Below the pieces are notes generated by a model. The model made no database searches, was not told where the DNA came from, and saw nothing but the letters and a program-made list of their open reading frames with translations. Shown one piece after another: positions 27,178-41,285 of a stretch of DNA of 64,000 nucleotides (positions within the stretch are counted from its first letter, which is position 1; each line of letters begins with the position of its first letter). Origin of the DNA: the human T2T-CHM13v2.0 reference genome, Homo sapiens; NCBI RefSeq assembly GCF_009914755.1, contig NC_060928.1; one strand, written 5' to 3'. A program made the translations under genes and the position numbers.

Positions 27178-28794
27178 GTAAGTAAATGATTATCTTATAC
27201 CCTTATCAAAAGAAGAAGTAATTATCTCTTGACTGGCCAGAATCTACTCATCTCTGAGCAAACCAAGGTAATAAGTGAATACATGGCAACTCCGTTTATT
27301 AACTGAAGTTCTTTAAATGTAAAAATCTTCCTTTTGAAAGTCAGATATTTTTTGTTTGTGTTTACTAAACATAAAATATACTAAACGCCTCTTCATTAGC
27401 CTTACAAGAATAAATGAAACCTTCATAAATCATATGTAAAGTATTCAAGAACTGAAAAAAACTACCTCACTTCGTGAGTTCACTACAATTTTCAGAAAAT
27501 TCAAAAAGTTATTATTTTCAGTTAATATACATTTTTATTAATTTTGATTTTATTTGACTGACTTAGGGAAAAATGGTCTTTTATAAGACAATGCTGCTTG
27601 TTTATTTGTAGGTTAAAACATGAAAGAATTTTTGTTGTTCAAATTACAAAGTGTCTCAATTATTTTCCACAATGAACTGTACTTTGTGTTTTTTCCCAGC
27701 AGGCCTAGGTGCTCTATGTCATTAATAGCAACATTGTTTGCTACAAACTGGACTAATTTATGATTTCAGAATTTAAAAGAAAAAGGAAAGGAGAAACAAT
27801 AATTATTTTTAGATTCACTCTAGGTTTATTTAGTCTAGAACAAAATGTCCCCCTCAGTCACCTGGATTTTACTACCTGATACCGTTCCTTTCCTTAAAAT
27901 TCCAATATTTTCATTTTTTTAGATCTTACGTGTGAGAAAAAAAGCTTTTGCATGTCTGCCTGCATCACTTCAGTTTGATTTCCTTTGTTAAACACCAAGG
28001 GCAATATAAGTTGAACATCAGATTTTTGGCAATGAGATAGTTCAGAAAACTTAATTTCTATCTGAGGAGTTTAGCAGACATTAGAAAACATGAAATTTGA
28101 AGCTACAAGAAGCTTGGAGATACATTAGTCCATTGTTTTTTGAAATCTTTATTATAAATTAAAATACGTGCAATACAGAACACCACCACACACATGCACA
28201 CACACATACACACATCTTAATGAATTATATAAAACAAGTCCTCTACAAATAACTATATATTTAAAAATAGAGAACTTTTCCAGGCATCCCCAAAACTCTT
28301 CCTGTGCCCTGACCCAATCCCAGTGTCTGTCATCCTAATATCCAGAATTTTATAGCAATTTCTTTGTGTTTCTGTGTAGTTTTATCACCCAAATGGACTT
28401 CCCAGACATTACATTTAAGTTTCCTATTCCTTTACTTGATACCTTTTAAGAATTTTTTAATATACAGCACCCCCTATAATTTGCCATTTGAAAAATCATG
28501 TTATTTCACTTGTAGAGTTTCCCGTAGTCTGGATTTGTTGATCCACGGATTTGTTGATTCATGGTGCAATGTAATATATTAATATTTCTCTGCCCTCTGC
28601 ATTTCCTACAAGTTAGGACCTGGATAAAATCCATGTTTGATCTGCTTGGCGTGACCTTTGATTGTGTTGTGTCCTTTAATCAGGAGACACATAATGTCAC
28701 TTCATCTCTCTTTTTGTGAACTTAATGAAATTCCTAAAGCTATTAATTCGCTGGAAGCTGAAATGCTGATATTGTAATTATGTGGTTTTTTCAA

Positions 28795-29125
28795 CTCGTT
28801 ATTGTGGTAAAACACACATAACATGAAATGTATCATCTTAACCATTTTTAAGTTCACAGTTCAGTAGCATTCAGTACTTTCACATAGTCTTGCAGCCATC
28901 ACCGCCATCCATCTCCAGAGCTTTTTTACATTGCAAAACTGAAACTCCCTACCCATTAAACACGAACTCCCCTTTCCCTCTCCCCCAGGCCCTGGCAACT
29001 ACCCTTCTGCTTTCAGTTTCTATGAATTTGTCTACTCTAGGTACCTCATATACCTGTTATACTTGTTGTGACTGGCTTATTTCACTTAGCATAATGTCCT
29101 CAAGGTTCATCCATGTGGCAATATT
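28795..29125 (-). mobile_element. L1MB-like 3' fragment within older L1-derived sequence
   Basis: ttattgtggtaaaacacacataacatgaaatgtatcatcttaaccatttttaag...tttcacttagcataatgtcctcaaggttcatccatgt. Confidence 0.75.
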
Positions 29126-30231
29126 TTAATTTTTAAATTAATAATTTGAACACTTTAAAAAATTTTCTTCTCATCTACTGCTTAGGAACCCAATGGTATC
29201 TTTAAAAGGCAAGACAAATGCTGCTTGAATCTTTCCCTTTACTTACCAGCTTTTAAAGCACATAAACAGATTTTTTAACTCCTCTAAAAATGAGTACTAT
29301 TTTCTTTGTCTTCCCAGTATACGTATTATTGTGAATATTTAAAAAATATCATTATAAAGTCATGTATTAAAATCAATTTGCTTGGTCAATACATTGTAAG
29401 TACTGTCCTTCACTGAATCTCAAATTTTCCCATCTTTGGCCAGTGGAAGCATCTTCAAGTTGTCTTCTTAGTTCTTTTGACAGGCCTTCCTAGTTTGGGG
29501 TAGCTATTTTTCTTTGTAGTATGACAAGATTTCTTAGGCTCATATGTTTTATGCCCCAAACCTGGAATCAGTCAATTTCCAAAAACTCCTGACTTCTTTT
29601 AGTGGGGAAATGATATTTTAAGGCAAGCTAGATGCTTAGTGCCAGTGATACTCATTGCTACTGGCTTGGTCATTGTTTCTAGTCTTTTTAGTGGGCAGAG
29701 CTAGTAGATATAAATGCACACTACATGTGTACATATTACATGCATAATAAACATATATACACATTTACCTATTAAAGAAAAAGTGCCTCACAAGTTCACA
29801 TTAGTTACAATTCAAAATTATAACTACAGGGTTTTTATTTATTCCTTTCTCTTTACAGTTTTATTCCCTTTCTTCCAAGGAATCCTGGTTTGCAAAGACA
29901 CTGAGGATAACAGAATTAGAACATCTCATAATTAATCATTTGCTCTATAACTCGTCACACACACAGTAGTCTCAGGATAACAATACCAACACCAGTATGG
30001 TTACTGCAAAATTCTTTACATGTGCTCTTTTAATCCTCCTTTTATTCTTTTAATATTTATACTATATGCTTTCAGAATATATACCCATTATACACTATTC
30101 CCTCTCCATTTTAGTCCTCATTTAATCTTTGGAGATATGTATGTAAATCTATCCACTTAATGTTCACTACTGGTCCTTGTATTGATGTCTTTCCAGCCTA
30201 GAGATTCTCAAAATATAATATTCAGATAACT

Positions 30232-31027
30232 GGGGGCCCCAGAGATGCATTCAGGAGGTCCATGGCCTCAAATGTATTTTCATAGTAATATGAAGATGCT
30301 GTTGCCCTTTCACTGTGTTGACATTTGCACAGATGGTGCTAAAGCAGTGACGGGTACAGCAGCTGGCACCTTAGTACAAATCAAGGCAGTGCCACCAAAC
30401 CCAACTAGCACCATATTCTTCACCACCACGCATTTACAATAGGGAAGAAAATTCCAATTTTACTTAGGAATGTTCTTACTGAACAGTAAAATATATTAAT
30501 TGCATTAAATATACGACCTTGAGAACACATTTCTTTCATATTAGGGTGCAGAGACGGCTGTCTGTATAAAGCACTTCTGCATGCTCCCTCTAAAAGTAAC
30601 ACAATGATTGGCTCAAGGGGAAGCATTTGTGTGATATTTGAGCAGCACTAACTGATTTTTCTTGGAACTCCATTTTTATTTGAAAGGACAACTGACAAAC
30701 TACAGTTATTCAGACTAGAGCATTTAGCAGACACATTCTCAAAAATGAACTAAACGTTTCACTTCAAGAAATACAGCTGTCAGAGTTTGTTGCCATTGAC
30801 AGAATTTAAACTTGCATGTGACAAATATGTATTCAAAACCTTGAGCTTGACAGCTTCCTAAATTCCTAAGCACATTTCTGGTGAGATTAGTGTTGATATT
30901 AACAAATCTATAGTATCTTTGATACTATAGAAATACGTGTGTCAGGATTTGGAAGATTAGCATAACTCAGTGAATTTTCCAAATGACATGTTGTCACAAC
31001 TCCATGTGTGTGTAAAGGATCCATTCA
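30232..31027. mobile_element. Charlie1-like hAT DNA transposon relic
   Basis: gttgacatttgcacagatggtgctaaagcagtga...aaatcaaggcagtg and gaaaggacaactgacaaactacagttattcagact are typical of Charlie1. Confidence 0.65.
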
Positions 31028-32227
31028 GGTTAGCTTTTCTGACTTCACAGAGCTCAATCTGTTTTTTCCCATCATATCAAAAAATATGACATCTTGCTTC
31101 CTGAGATGTCCTGGCTTTATTGCCTTGTTGATTTTCATTGGTCTTTCTTCCTGTTTTTTCATTTCTGTTCTCCTAGTCCTTCCCAATTTTCACCTCTCTC
31201 TTAGCAGTATCCCCTCCATGCAAAGCCCTGTCTGGAAGGGAGTCCTGGCTGGTCAGTGTGGAGAGATCTTAGGGGCTGGATGTCTCACTCCTTCAGACCT
31301 TGCCATTGGCCACCTCTATTGGACTAGGTGCAATCCCTCCCACTTTTAGCCGCTCTTCTTAAATTAACTCTTCGCATTTTCCAGTGAATATCTATGGGGC
31401 GCTTTGGGGATATTCTATTTCCAGGACCATCAGAGCCCCCATTGCTCCTCTTTCCTTCCCTCTACAGAGACACTGACATCATGCAGGCCTTGTGGAAATG
31501 GGGATTTGTCTCGACCAACATGTATTTGGGGCTTTTGGGAGATACCCTGTCAGCTAGTTTTTTGGAAATGTTGCCCATGAGTTTTGACTTGGCTATCTAG
31601 TTGCTCTGTTTTTATGTGAGAATTTCAGGAGATCCAATACTGTGCTGCCATCATCTTCCTAGAAGTCAGTGTTTTTGTTGTTGTTATTCTTTAAACTCTT
31701 GTTGCAAATCTTGTTATTTGAGGAGAAATCTTTTAAAAATTGCATAGTGTCCCCCTGCCTCTTTTGTGGATAAGAAACCTGATACCCAATGAGAAAAGTA
31801 AATTTCTCTAGGTACACCAATAATTGTGTAAGGGATAGGTGCACAAGTAGATAAGTTGTTTTTGTTTTGTTTTGTTTTGTTTTTGAAGTACAGGAAAAAT
31901 GGAGAAGCAAAATAATCCCATCTGTTATCATAATTTGTTGGGGGTCACGGGAAGGTCTCCCCATTCCCTGGGAGTGTAGTTGTTTCATTTAACCCAGGAT
32001 CAATCAGGCCCCAGGGGAAACCAGCTCACAGCAACCAAACTTTCAGGAGACCTCACTGAGCACATAAACCACCTAGCTACATCCTGGCCCACTCTTCAGC
32101 ATGAGTCAGTATTTAAAGAAAAAGTGTTCTTGCATCCAAAAATAATTAGAAACAAGTTAGATGTTTATTGTGTCTCTAGAGAAAATACTAAATCTGACTG
32201 CATTCTTAATGCATAGAAAGTTGTTTT

Positions 32228-33148
32228 TTGTGTGTTTTTTTAACTTGTTTTATTTTATTCTATTTTAAGTTCTGGGGCACATGTACAGGATTTGCAGGTT
32301 TGTTACATAGGTAAACATGTGCCATGGTGATTTGCTGTGCCTGTCAACCCATCACCTAGATATTAAGCCCAGCATCCATCAGCTACATTTCCTGATGTTT
32401 TCTCTTCCCCCCCTTCTCCCAACAAACACCAGTGTGTGTTGTTCCCCTCCCTATGTCCATGTGTTCACATTGTTCAGCTCCCACTTGTGAATGAGAACAT
32501 GGGGTGGTTGGTTTTCTGTTCCTGCATTAGTTTGCTGAGTATAATGGCTTCCAGCTCCATCCATGTCCCTGCAAAGGACATGATCTCATTCCTTTTTATG
32601 GCATGGCTGCAAAGTATTCCGTGATGTATATGTACCATATTTTCTTTATCCAGTCTATCATTGATGGACATTTGGGTTGATTTCATGTCTTTGCTATTGT
32701 GAATATTGCTGCAGTGAACATATGTGTGCATGTATCTTTATAACAGAATTATTTATATTCCTTTGGGTATATACCCAGTAATTGGATGGCTGGATCAAAT
32801 GTTGTTTCTGATTCTAGATCTTTGAGGAATCACCACACTGTCTTCCACAATGGTTGAACTAATTTACATTCCCACCAATAGCATAAAAGTGTTCCTATTT
32901 CTCTGCATCCTTGACAGCATCTATTGTTTCTTGACTTTTTAATAATCACCATTCTGACTGGCATGAGATGGCATCTCATTGGAACTTAAACAAATTTACA
33001 AGAACAAAAACAAAAACAACCCCATTAAAAGTGGGCAAAAGACATGAACAGACGCTTCTCAAAAGAAGATATTTATGCAGCCAACAAACTTACTTTAAAA
33101 AGCTCAACATCACTGATCATTAGAGAAATGCAAATCAAAACTACAGTA
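32228..33148 (-). mobile_element. L1PA/PB element with 5' inversion
   Basis: 32228-32981 is an antisense L1 3' end and 32982-33148 a sense ORF2 segment. TSD AGAAAGTTGTTTT at 32215-32227 and 33149-33161. Confidence 0.88.
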
Positions 33149-33736
33149 AGAAAGTTGTTTTAAAGTACTCTGTTATTGTCTCCCCTGCTCTCAAAACTCT
33201 CCCAAATCCATTCCATGCAGTGTCCCTCAAAACTCTCCCAAATCCACCCAAGCAGGGTCTCTTGTCTTCTTCTGCCCTTCCTCATTCTCTGAATCTACTC
33301 ATTTTCTTACGTCCACAAATAAGTTTCTCCTCTTTTCTTATTCATTCTCCTGATTTATATAAAATTAGATCATATCTGAGGGTAGAATTAACTCTTCACA
33401 ATAATAATCTTTTAAAATATGTCTTAATTTATCATTCAATAAATATTCATTAAGCAACTGCTTTATGCAATGCTCATCAGTAAGCCTGCGAATGCAAAGA
33501 TGCATAAGGAAAAGTTTTGCCCTACAGGAACTTACAGCCTAGCCTAGTTGCAGATTTGAACCACTAAATATTCAATTATAGTATGAAAAATGTTATATAC
33601 AGGATATGTCACAGGCCTATGAGATCAAAAGTAGGGAATTATGGTATTTTTCTTAGAGGTCGGGGAACCATCACAGATGGGACATTTAAAGAGTCATTCC
33701 ACCAGAAAAAGAAATATAGATTGGTAAGTGGGTGAG

Positions 33737-34096
33737 TGTCTTAGTCCACTGGAGTTACTATAACAAAACACCATAGACTGGGTAGCTTATAAAGAACAGA
33801 AATTTATTATTAAGTTCTGAAGTCTGGGAAGTCCAAGATCAAGGCACCAGCAGATAGGTTTCTGGTGAGGACCCATTTCCTGGTTCACATACAGCTGTTT
33901 ACTTGCTGTGTCCTCACTTGGCTGAAGGAGTGAAGGAGCTCTCTGGGATCTCTTTTATGCTCGTACTAATCTAATTTATGAGGGCTGCCATGACCTTGTT
34001 ATCTCCCAAAGGCCTTACCTCCTAATACCATCACACTGGGGGTTAGGATTTCAAAATATGAATCTTGTTGGGGACACAAACATTCAGTCTTTAGCA
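33737..34096 (-). mobile_element. MLT1A-type LTR
   Basis: Reverse complement starts TGCTAAAGACTGAATGTTTGTGTCCCC and ends ...CTAAGACA. Confidence 0.85.
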
Positions 34097-34302
34097 GAAA
34101 GAAAGATCAGGGTGCATCCAAGTGAAAATTTTGGTAAGGTCAATGATGTCGGGGCATATAGGGAAGATTGGTGAAAGAATGGCTGGAAAGACTTCACAAT
34201 ATTTTCAAGGCCTTATAAACCATTCTGCATTCAGGAATCTTTGATAACTATTGAGCAAGAGCATGTTGACATTGGATTTTTTTGTTTTAGAAAAACAACT
34301 CT

Positions 34303-34607
34303 TTTATTTTACTACTAATTTTTTTCAAGATGGAGTCTCACTCTGTCACTCAGGCTGGAAGGCAGTGGTGCAATCTCGGACACAGCAACCTCCACCTCCC
34401 AGGTTCAAGTGGTTCTCCTGCCTGGGCTTCCTGAGTAGCTGGGTTTATAGGCACCTGCGACCACACCCAGCTAATTTTTGTATTTTTAGTAGAGATGGGG
34501 TTTCACCATGTTGGCCAGGCTGGTCTCAAACTCCTGACCTCAGGTGATCTGCCCACCTTGGCCTCCCTGAGTGCTGGGATTAGAGGCATGAGCCACCATG
34601 CCCGGCC
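34303..34607 (-). mobile_element. Alu (AluS), antisense
   Basis: Alu reverse complement ending ccaccatgcccggcc. Confidence 0.92.
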
Positions 34608-34621
34608 AGAAGAGTAACTCT

Positions 34622-35130
34622 TATACTCAAAGGAATATAAACATTCTATTATAAAGACACATGCGTATGTATGTTCATTGCAGCACTGTTCACAATAGCA
34701 AGGATGTGGAATCAACCTAAATGCCCATCAATGATAGACTGGATAAAGAAAACATGGTACATGTACACCATGGAATACTGTGTAGCCATAAAAATGAACA
34801 AGAGCATGTCTTTGCAGGGACATGGGTGGAGCTGGAGGCCATTATACTCAGCAAATTAACATAGGAACAGAAAACCAAATACCTCATGTTCTCACTTATA
34901 GGTGGGTGCTAAAGGATGAGAACACATGGACAGAGGAAGGGGAACAACACACACTGGGGCCTGTTGGAGGGTGGATAATGGGAGGAGGGAGAGGATCAGG
35001 AAAAATAACGGGTACTAAGCTTCATACCTGGACAATGAAATAATCTGTGCAACAAACCCTCATGACACAAGTTTACCTGTGTAACAAACGTGCAGTTATA
35101 CCCCTGAATTAAAACAAAAGTTTTAAAAAA
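34622..35130 (+). mobile_element. 5'-truncated L1PA/PB 3' end, sense
   Basis: tatgttcattgcagcactgttcacaatagcaagg...catgacacaagtttacctgtgtaacaaac, then an A-rich tail. Confidence 0.88.
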
Positions 35131-35814
35131 GAAAAGTAACTCTGGTAGCTCTGGGGATTGGCTGAAAAAGAGAGGTAGTGATCAGACTGCAGACAGGCAT
35201 TATCTCTCACAGGCTCTGACTTCTGAGATCAAATTTGTATTTGTGCTCATGCCTCCTAATCATTTGCTGTGCATTTTATACATGCACAATTACAATTCAA
35301 TCAAATATACTCTAAAGCTGAAGTAACCCCTGAGATACAACAGGTGTTTGCAGCATTAGCCTGATCTGAGTGAGTGTAATCCAAGTGAAATGGTTTTTTA
35401 TTTCATTTCAGTAAAAACTGCACCAGTTGGAAAATGAACCTTACATATTTACTAACCCATAATAGTTATTTTTATTTTATTTTCTTATTTTGGTGGATGT
35501 TTAAGTGAATGAAACTCATTATTCTTGGCTGTTAACATACTATTTGCAGTCAACTGACATGAATTCTATTGAAAAACATGGAGACTGCTTTATTTTTTAA
35601 ATACTGTCTTTTAAAATTATCTTCTACTTGAAAAATTATCTATACATTCCTTACCATTATTCTTCTTCTTGCTACCATTCAAATATTGATGTAGCCATTA
35701 ATGATATCCTTGCTATATAAGCATATCCATATCTATATAATAGATATGTGCTTTCAAGGAAACCTTTAGAATGTTTTTTCAGCATTATTTTAAAATACTA
35801 ACAAATAATATTGC

Positions 35815-38800
35815 ATTCTGCTTCCCATCATGATGAAGGAATAGAGATTGTTCACATTTAACAACTAGAAAACCAGAAAACTATATGAAGCAGCAGTTTT
35901 TAGACATTGGACAACAGGCAATACATGCCTATGATTCATAAGAGAAAGAAAACAAATGAGGGGAACCCAGTTATTGCCTCAGATTACTACTGGGAGGCAG
36001 TTTTCACATAGTATCACAGGGAATAAAAATGCAAGCAAAATCCAGGTATTGCTGAGCTGAAGAGAGTAAGGTCAGACAATGAGAAGCCCAAGGGAGCTAG
36101 AATTTGGGGGAGTAGAAAACAGGGAAGAGAGAACTAGACATAGAGCGTCCAGAAATCTACGGAGAGTAGATGAGAACTGATTTATGTTTGCATGAGAGGA
36201 CACTACACAAGACTTGAGGGAATTTACCAGAGATGCTTAGTCTGAACAACTTCTGGGCCTCAAACTGAGCTTGAAATAATTTGTCTTTCCCACAAAAAGA
36301 GTGCAAAGTCCTGATAATGAGGCATTGTGTAGAGTTCTCACAAAGGTATTACCTTAGTGCTAAGATTTAAATTATGGATTAGTCCTCACAAATTTTAAAG
36401 CATCTTTTAAATGATCCAGTGGGAGCTCAGGGAGGAAGGGAAGGATGAATACCAGGAGCATAAGGAATTTTTAGGGCAGTGAAACTATTCGGTATGATGC
36501 TGGAATGATGGATACATGACATTATGTATTTGTCAAAACCCATAGAGCATACAACACAAAAAGTGATCCCTAATGTAAACTATGGATTTTAGTTAATGAT
36601 AATGTATAATATGGGCTCATCAAGTATATCAAATATACCACATTAATGCAAGATGTTAATAAAAGGGGAAACTGTGTTTAAAAAGGCGGTGGAGAGGAGG
36701 TATATAGGAACCGTCTGTACTTTCTGCTCAATTTTTCTGTACACCTGAAACTGCTCTAAAAATTAAGCTTATTAACATATAATAAATATGATTCAGCTAA
36801 TCCCCAGATGCTTCACTCTGTGCCAGAACGAAGTCCAACACATCTAGAATATATATTTTTTTCAAAATTCAGTAACCAACTGTATAAAGCCCACAATGTT
36901 TTCCATACAACTAAAAACTACAAGGCATGCAAAGAATCATAAAAATATGAGCTGTAACCAGGACATAAAATAGCTAATAGAAAAAGACCCAAATGTGATT
37001 GAGTCATTTCTGATAGCAGACAAGGATATTATTATTATATTCTGTAAATATGTTCAAGAAGGTAAAGCAAAATGTAACATGATGAAGAGATAGATCAAAT
37101 GTATTTTTAAAGTCCAAATAGAATTTCTAAGGATGAAAATTATCACTTAAGTGAATATTACACTCGATGAGATTAATAGCAGGTTAGGAGAAAACTTAAA
37201 AAGAATAAATTCAGACTTATAAAAATTTTGTCTTCATAAGAGAAACTATCATGAAGCACAGAGAAAAAATACTCATTTTTTTCACAGAATTGATGAAAAT
37301 TACAAACACAAAGATCTCAGAAGCTCAGAATTAACATAAAGGGAGCCACACAAAAGCACATCATAAAATGCTGAGAACCAATTTAAGAGAAAAGCTTAAG
37401 AGCAGACTGAGGAACAAAGGACACATTACATACAGAAGAACAAAGAGATATGTTGCAGAAGATTTCTTGTTAGAAATTATATAACCAAAAGAAGTGGATC
37501 AAAACCTTTGAAGTACTGAAAAAAATCTATTAACCTAGATTTCTATGTCCAGTGAATATATTTAAACATTTTTCAAATATAAAAAGGAGCTAAGGTCATT
37601 TTGAGAGAAACAAAATCTGTGAGTAAATTCATCACTGATGGTCTTGTACTACAAGAAACGTTAAATAGTTGTTGTGGCAGAAGGAATATGAGTCCAGATA
37701 GACACATGTGCACACAGATGAATGAAGTGAAGAGCACTACACAGCAATAATATGTGGATTAATATAAAATAATATTTTTTCTTATTATTAATCTCATTAA
37801 AAGATAACCTGTTGTATAAAGCAAAAATAAGATAATGTAACATGGCATACATAATACATACAGAAATGAAATGTATGACAACGACAGAATAAAAGACAGA
37901 AAATGGAAGCAAACATGAAAGCAGACTACTTTAAGACTTTTAATTTGTATGCAAAGTGTTGCAATATTATTTAAAAGTAGACTGTAATAAATTAAATATG
38001 AATGTTATAAACATAGAACAACTACTAAAAAATAAACTGAGGTATTAGGTAATAAGCCAACAATAAAGATAAAATGGAATGTTATATAATAATAAACTTT
38101 TTTTAAAAAAAAGGACATAAAAAAATAAAAGAGGAGCAATTATCAGATGCAACAAGTAGAAAAAAATACCATGATGACAGAATTAAACTCAACCATATCA
38201 GTAATTGCATTAAATCTTAATGCCTTATATATTCCAGTCTAAAGGCAGAGATAAAATAAATAAAAATTCAACACTCAACTCTATACTGTATACACATCAT
38301 TTAAAATATAAAGATACAGGTATGTTTAAAAACTAAATGAAAGGAAAAAGTTCTACCAAGTTTGTGTGATACAACTAAAGTAGTGCTTAGAGGAAAATTC
38401 ATATAATTATGGACTTATATCAGAAAGAATAAAGACCTAAATTTAATTATCTAAGTTTCCTTTTCAGAGAGCTGCAAAAATAAGAGGTAATTTAAACCAA
38501 AGGAAACAGAGGCAAGGAGTAATGAAGATAAGAACAAAAATCAAGAAAATAGAGAGAGAACAAAAACAATCTAGAAAACCAGTGAAACCAAGAGCTGGTT
38601 TGTTAAAAAGATCAATAAAATTGATAAAACTCATCGTACTGATCAGAAAAGAAAAAACAATGTTACATTACCTATATCAGGTTTAACAGAAGTGACCTAC
38701 CAAAGGTCTTACAGATGTTAAAATAATCATAAGGGACTATTATGAACAACTTTTTGCCAAGAAATTGGGCAATGGAGATGAAATGTTCAAGTTCCTTAAA

Positions 38801-41285
38801 AGATACAAACCAAAGCTCCCTCAAGATTAGAAAGAAAGAAAGAAACTGAGACTAGTAAAGCAATTGAATTCGTAGCTAAAAACATTCCCACAAAAACAAA
38901 AACACCTCTAACTTAAATTTACTGGTGAATTCTAACAAACATGTAAAGAAGAAATTATATTAATTGTGCACAGACTCTTTCAGAAAAAAAGAAGTAGAGG
39001 GAATTCTTGCCAACTAATTTTATGAGGGCAGTGTTGCTCTAATATCAAAACAGATAAAGACATTATAAGAAAAGAGAAATACAGAATAATATCCCTCATG
39101 AATATAGACATATAAATCCTAAACAAAACCTTACTGGATTGACTTCACCATATAAAAAGGATAATAAATCAGGACCAGTGGGGTTTATCCCAGGAAGACA
39201 GGTTGGTTAGCCAAAATCAATCAATGTAATTCACTGTATTAATACACCACTTTAAGATACAAAAAAATCATCGCGGATGCAGATAAAAAAATTGAAAGTT
39301 TCTCAAATTAACAAAGGTTATCTCTGAAAAATTTAGTTAAAATACTATTGTTAATGGTAAAAGACCAAATGCTTTGCCTCTAAGATCGGGTTTAAGGTAA
39401 GTTTACCTTATCCCACCATTTCCATTGTACTGGAAATCCTAGCCAGTAATAATAAATAAAAGGTATAAAATTGGAAAGGAATATGTAAAACTCTCTTTAT
39501 TCACAGTCAACATGAACATCTATGTCGAAAATTCTTTGTAATCGACAAATAAAACTAATATAACTAATACGCAAATATATAAAGATCACATAAAGCACAG
39601 TCAATTTATAAAACTTTATTGTATTTCTACATACTACATTGGACAATTAGAATTGAAATAAAATTATTGTTTAGAACAACACTCATAAATTTAAAATATT
39701 TAGGGAGAAATTTAAGAAAGCATGTATAAGACACACTCTGAAAACTACTAAACACTAACAAACAAATAAGAACTACATAAATGTGGAAATATACCCTGCT
39801 CATGTATTAGAATACTCAATATTATTAAGCTATTAATTTTTCTAAAATTGACCTATAGTTTTAATATAATTGTCACAAAAATATTCCATCAGAATTTTTA
39901 TTTGTAGAGATTGACAATCTGATTATAAGTTTTACAGGGAAATAAAAGCTATCTAGAATAGCACAAATAATTTGAAAGGAAATAACAGTTGAATATATAC
40001 AACTTGATTTCAAGACTTAGTATAAAGTCACACATAATTAAAAGTGTGCTATTGATATAAAGATGGACACACAGATCAATGAAATAGAACAGATAGTCCA
40101 GAAATATGTGTAGTCATTTGATTTTTGACCAATGTACCACGGTATTTCAATGGAAAGGGGAAGGTCATTTCCCCAAATGATGCTGGAACAATTTCATAGC
40201 CCTAAAAAATATAAATAAATTACCTCAATCCTTGCCTCACATCACATACAAAAAACTTAAAATGGATCACAGACCTAAATGTAGGAGTTAAAAGTATAAG
40301 ATATATAGAAGAAAATAATTTTAAAGAAATCTTATGACGTTGTGCTAGTGAAGACTCAGGACACAAAAGGCTCTAACTATAAAAATATTTTTTTAAAAAA
40401 TTATTTGATAAGTTGGACTTTGTCAAAATTGACACTTTTCAAAAAGTCAAGCCTTTTTGGAAATGGAGACTACATTTGCAAATCACTATCTGATAAATAA
40501 CTTGTTTTAAGAATATGTAAAGAACTCATGCAAAACAAGGCAGTCAACTCAATGAAAAAGTGGCGAAAGATTTGAAATATACACATCATCAAAGAAGATA
40601 CACAAATAGCAAATAATACATGGAAGGATGCTCAGCATCTTTAGTCATTAGAAAAACTAAAATGTAAACCATAATGAGATGTCTCTACACATTTCTTACA
40701 AAGTGTAAAGTTAAGACTGAAAATATACCAAGTTTGGCTGCTAGAAATACAAAATGTTAGGGCCAATTCACAAAAGAATTAGGTAGGTTCTTACTAACTT
40801 AAATATGCAGTAACCGTAAAACCCAGCAGAACCATGTGCTAAACATTTACCCAAGGAAAAAGAAAACATATGTTCACCCAAGGCTTGCAGCCACATGTTC
40901 ATATCAACACTATTCATATTAGCCCCAAACTGGAAACAGACCAATTCTCCATCAGCTAGTGAATAGATAAACTGTGGCACATCTACAGCAAGTAATACTA
41001 TTTGACAATAAAAAGAACGAACTGCTACATGTAGCAACATAAATGTCAAAAGTGTTATGCTAAGTGGAAAATACCTAGACATGAAAGTCTACATACTGTA
41101 TTATTCCATTTATATGAAATTGTAAAAAAAGGCAAAACTATAGAGACAGAAAGCACATCAAGGATGCTATGGGCCAGAGTTACGGGCAGGGAACTGACTC
41201 CAAAGAGGCATAAGTGTCACTTTTCTATATCATGATTAGGTGGTGTTTTCAGGAGTATACACATTTGTCAAAAATCATCAGGTAT
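35815..41285 (+). mobile_element. Long degraded L1M (L1MC/MD-like), sense, with a nested L1 3' fragment at ~36420-36790
   Basis: A-rich decayed ORF1/ORF2 motifs (agctggtttgttaaaaagatcaataaaattgataaa, atatccctcatgaatatagac, gggtttatcccaggaa) and 3' end acatttgtcaaaaatcatca. No long ORF. Confidence 0.8.

Noticed and set aside
35815-41285. Active or coding L1
   Set aside because: No ORF1/ORF2-length reading frame; heavily decayed.
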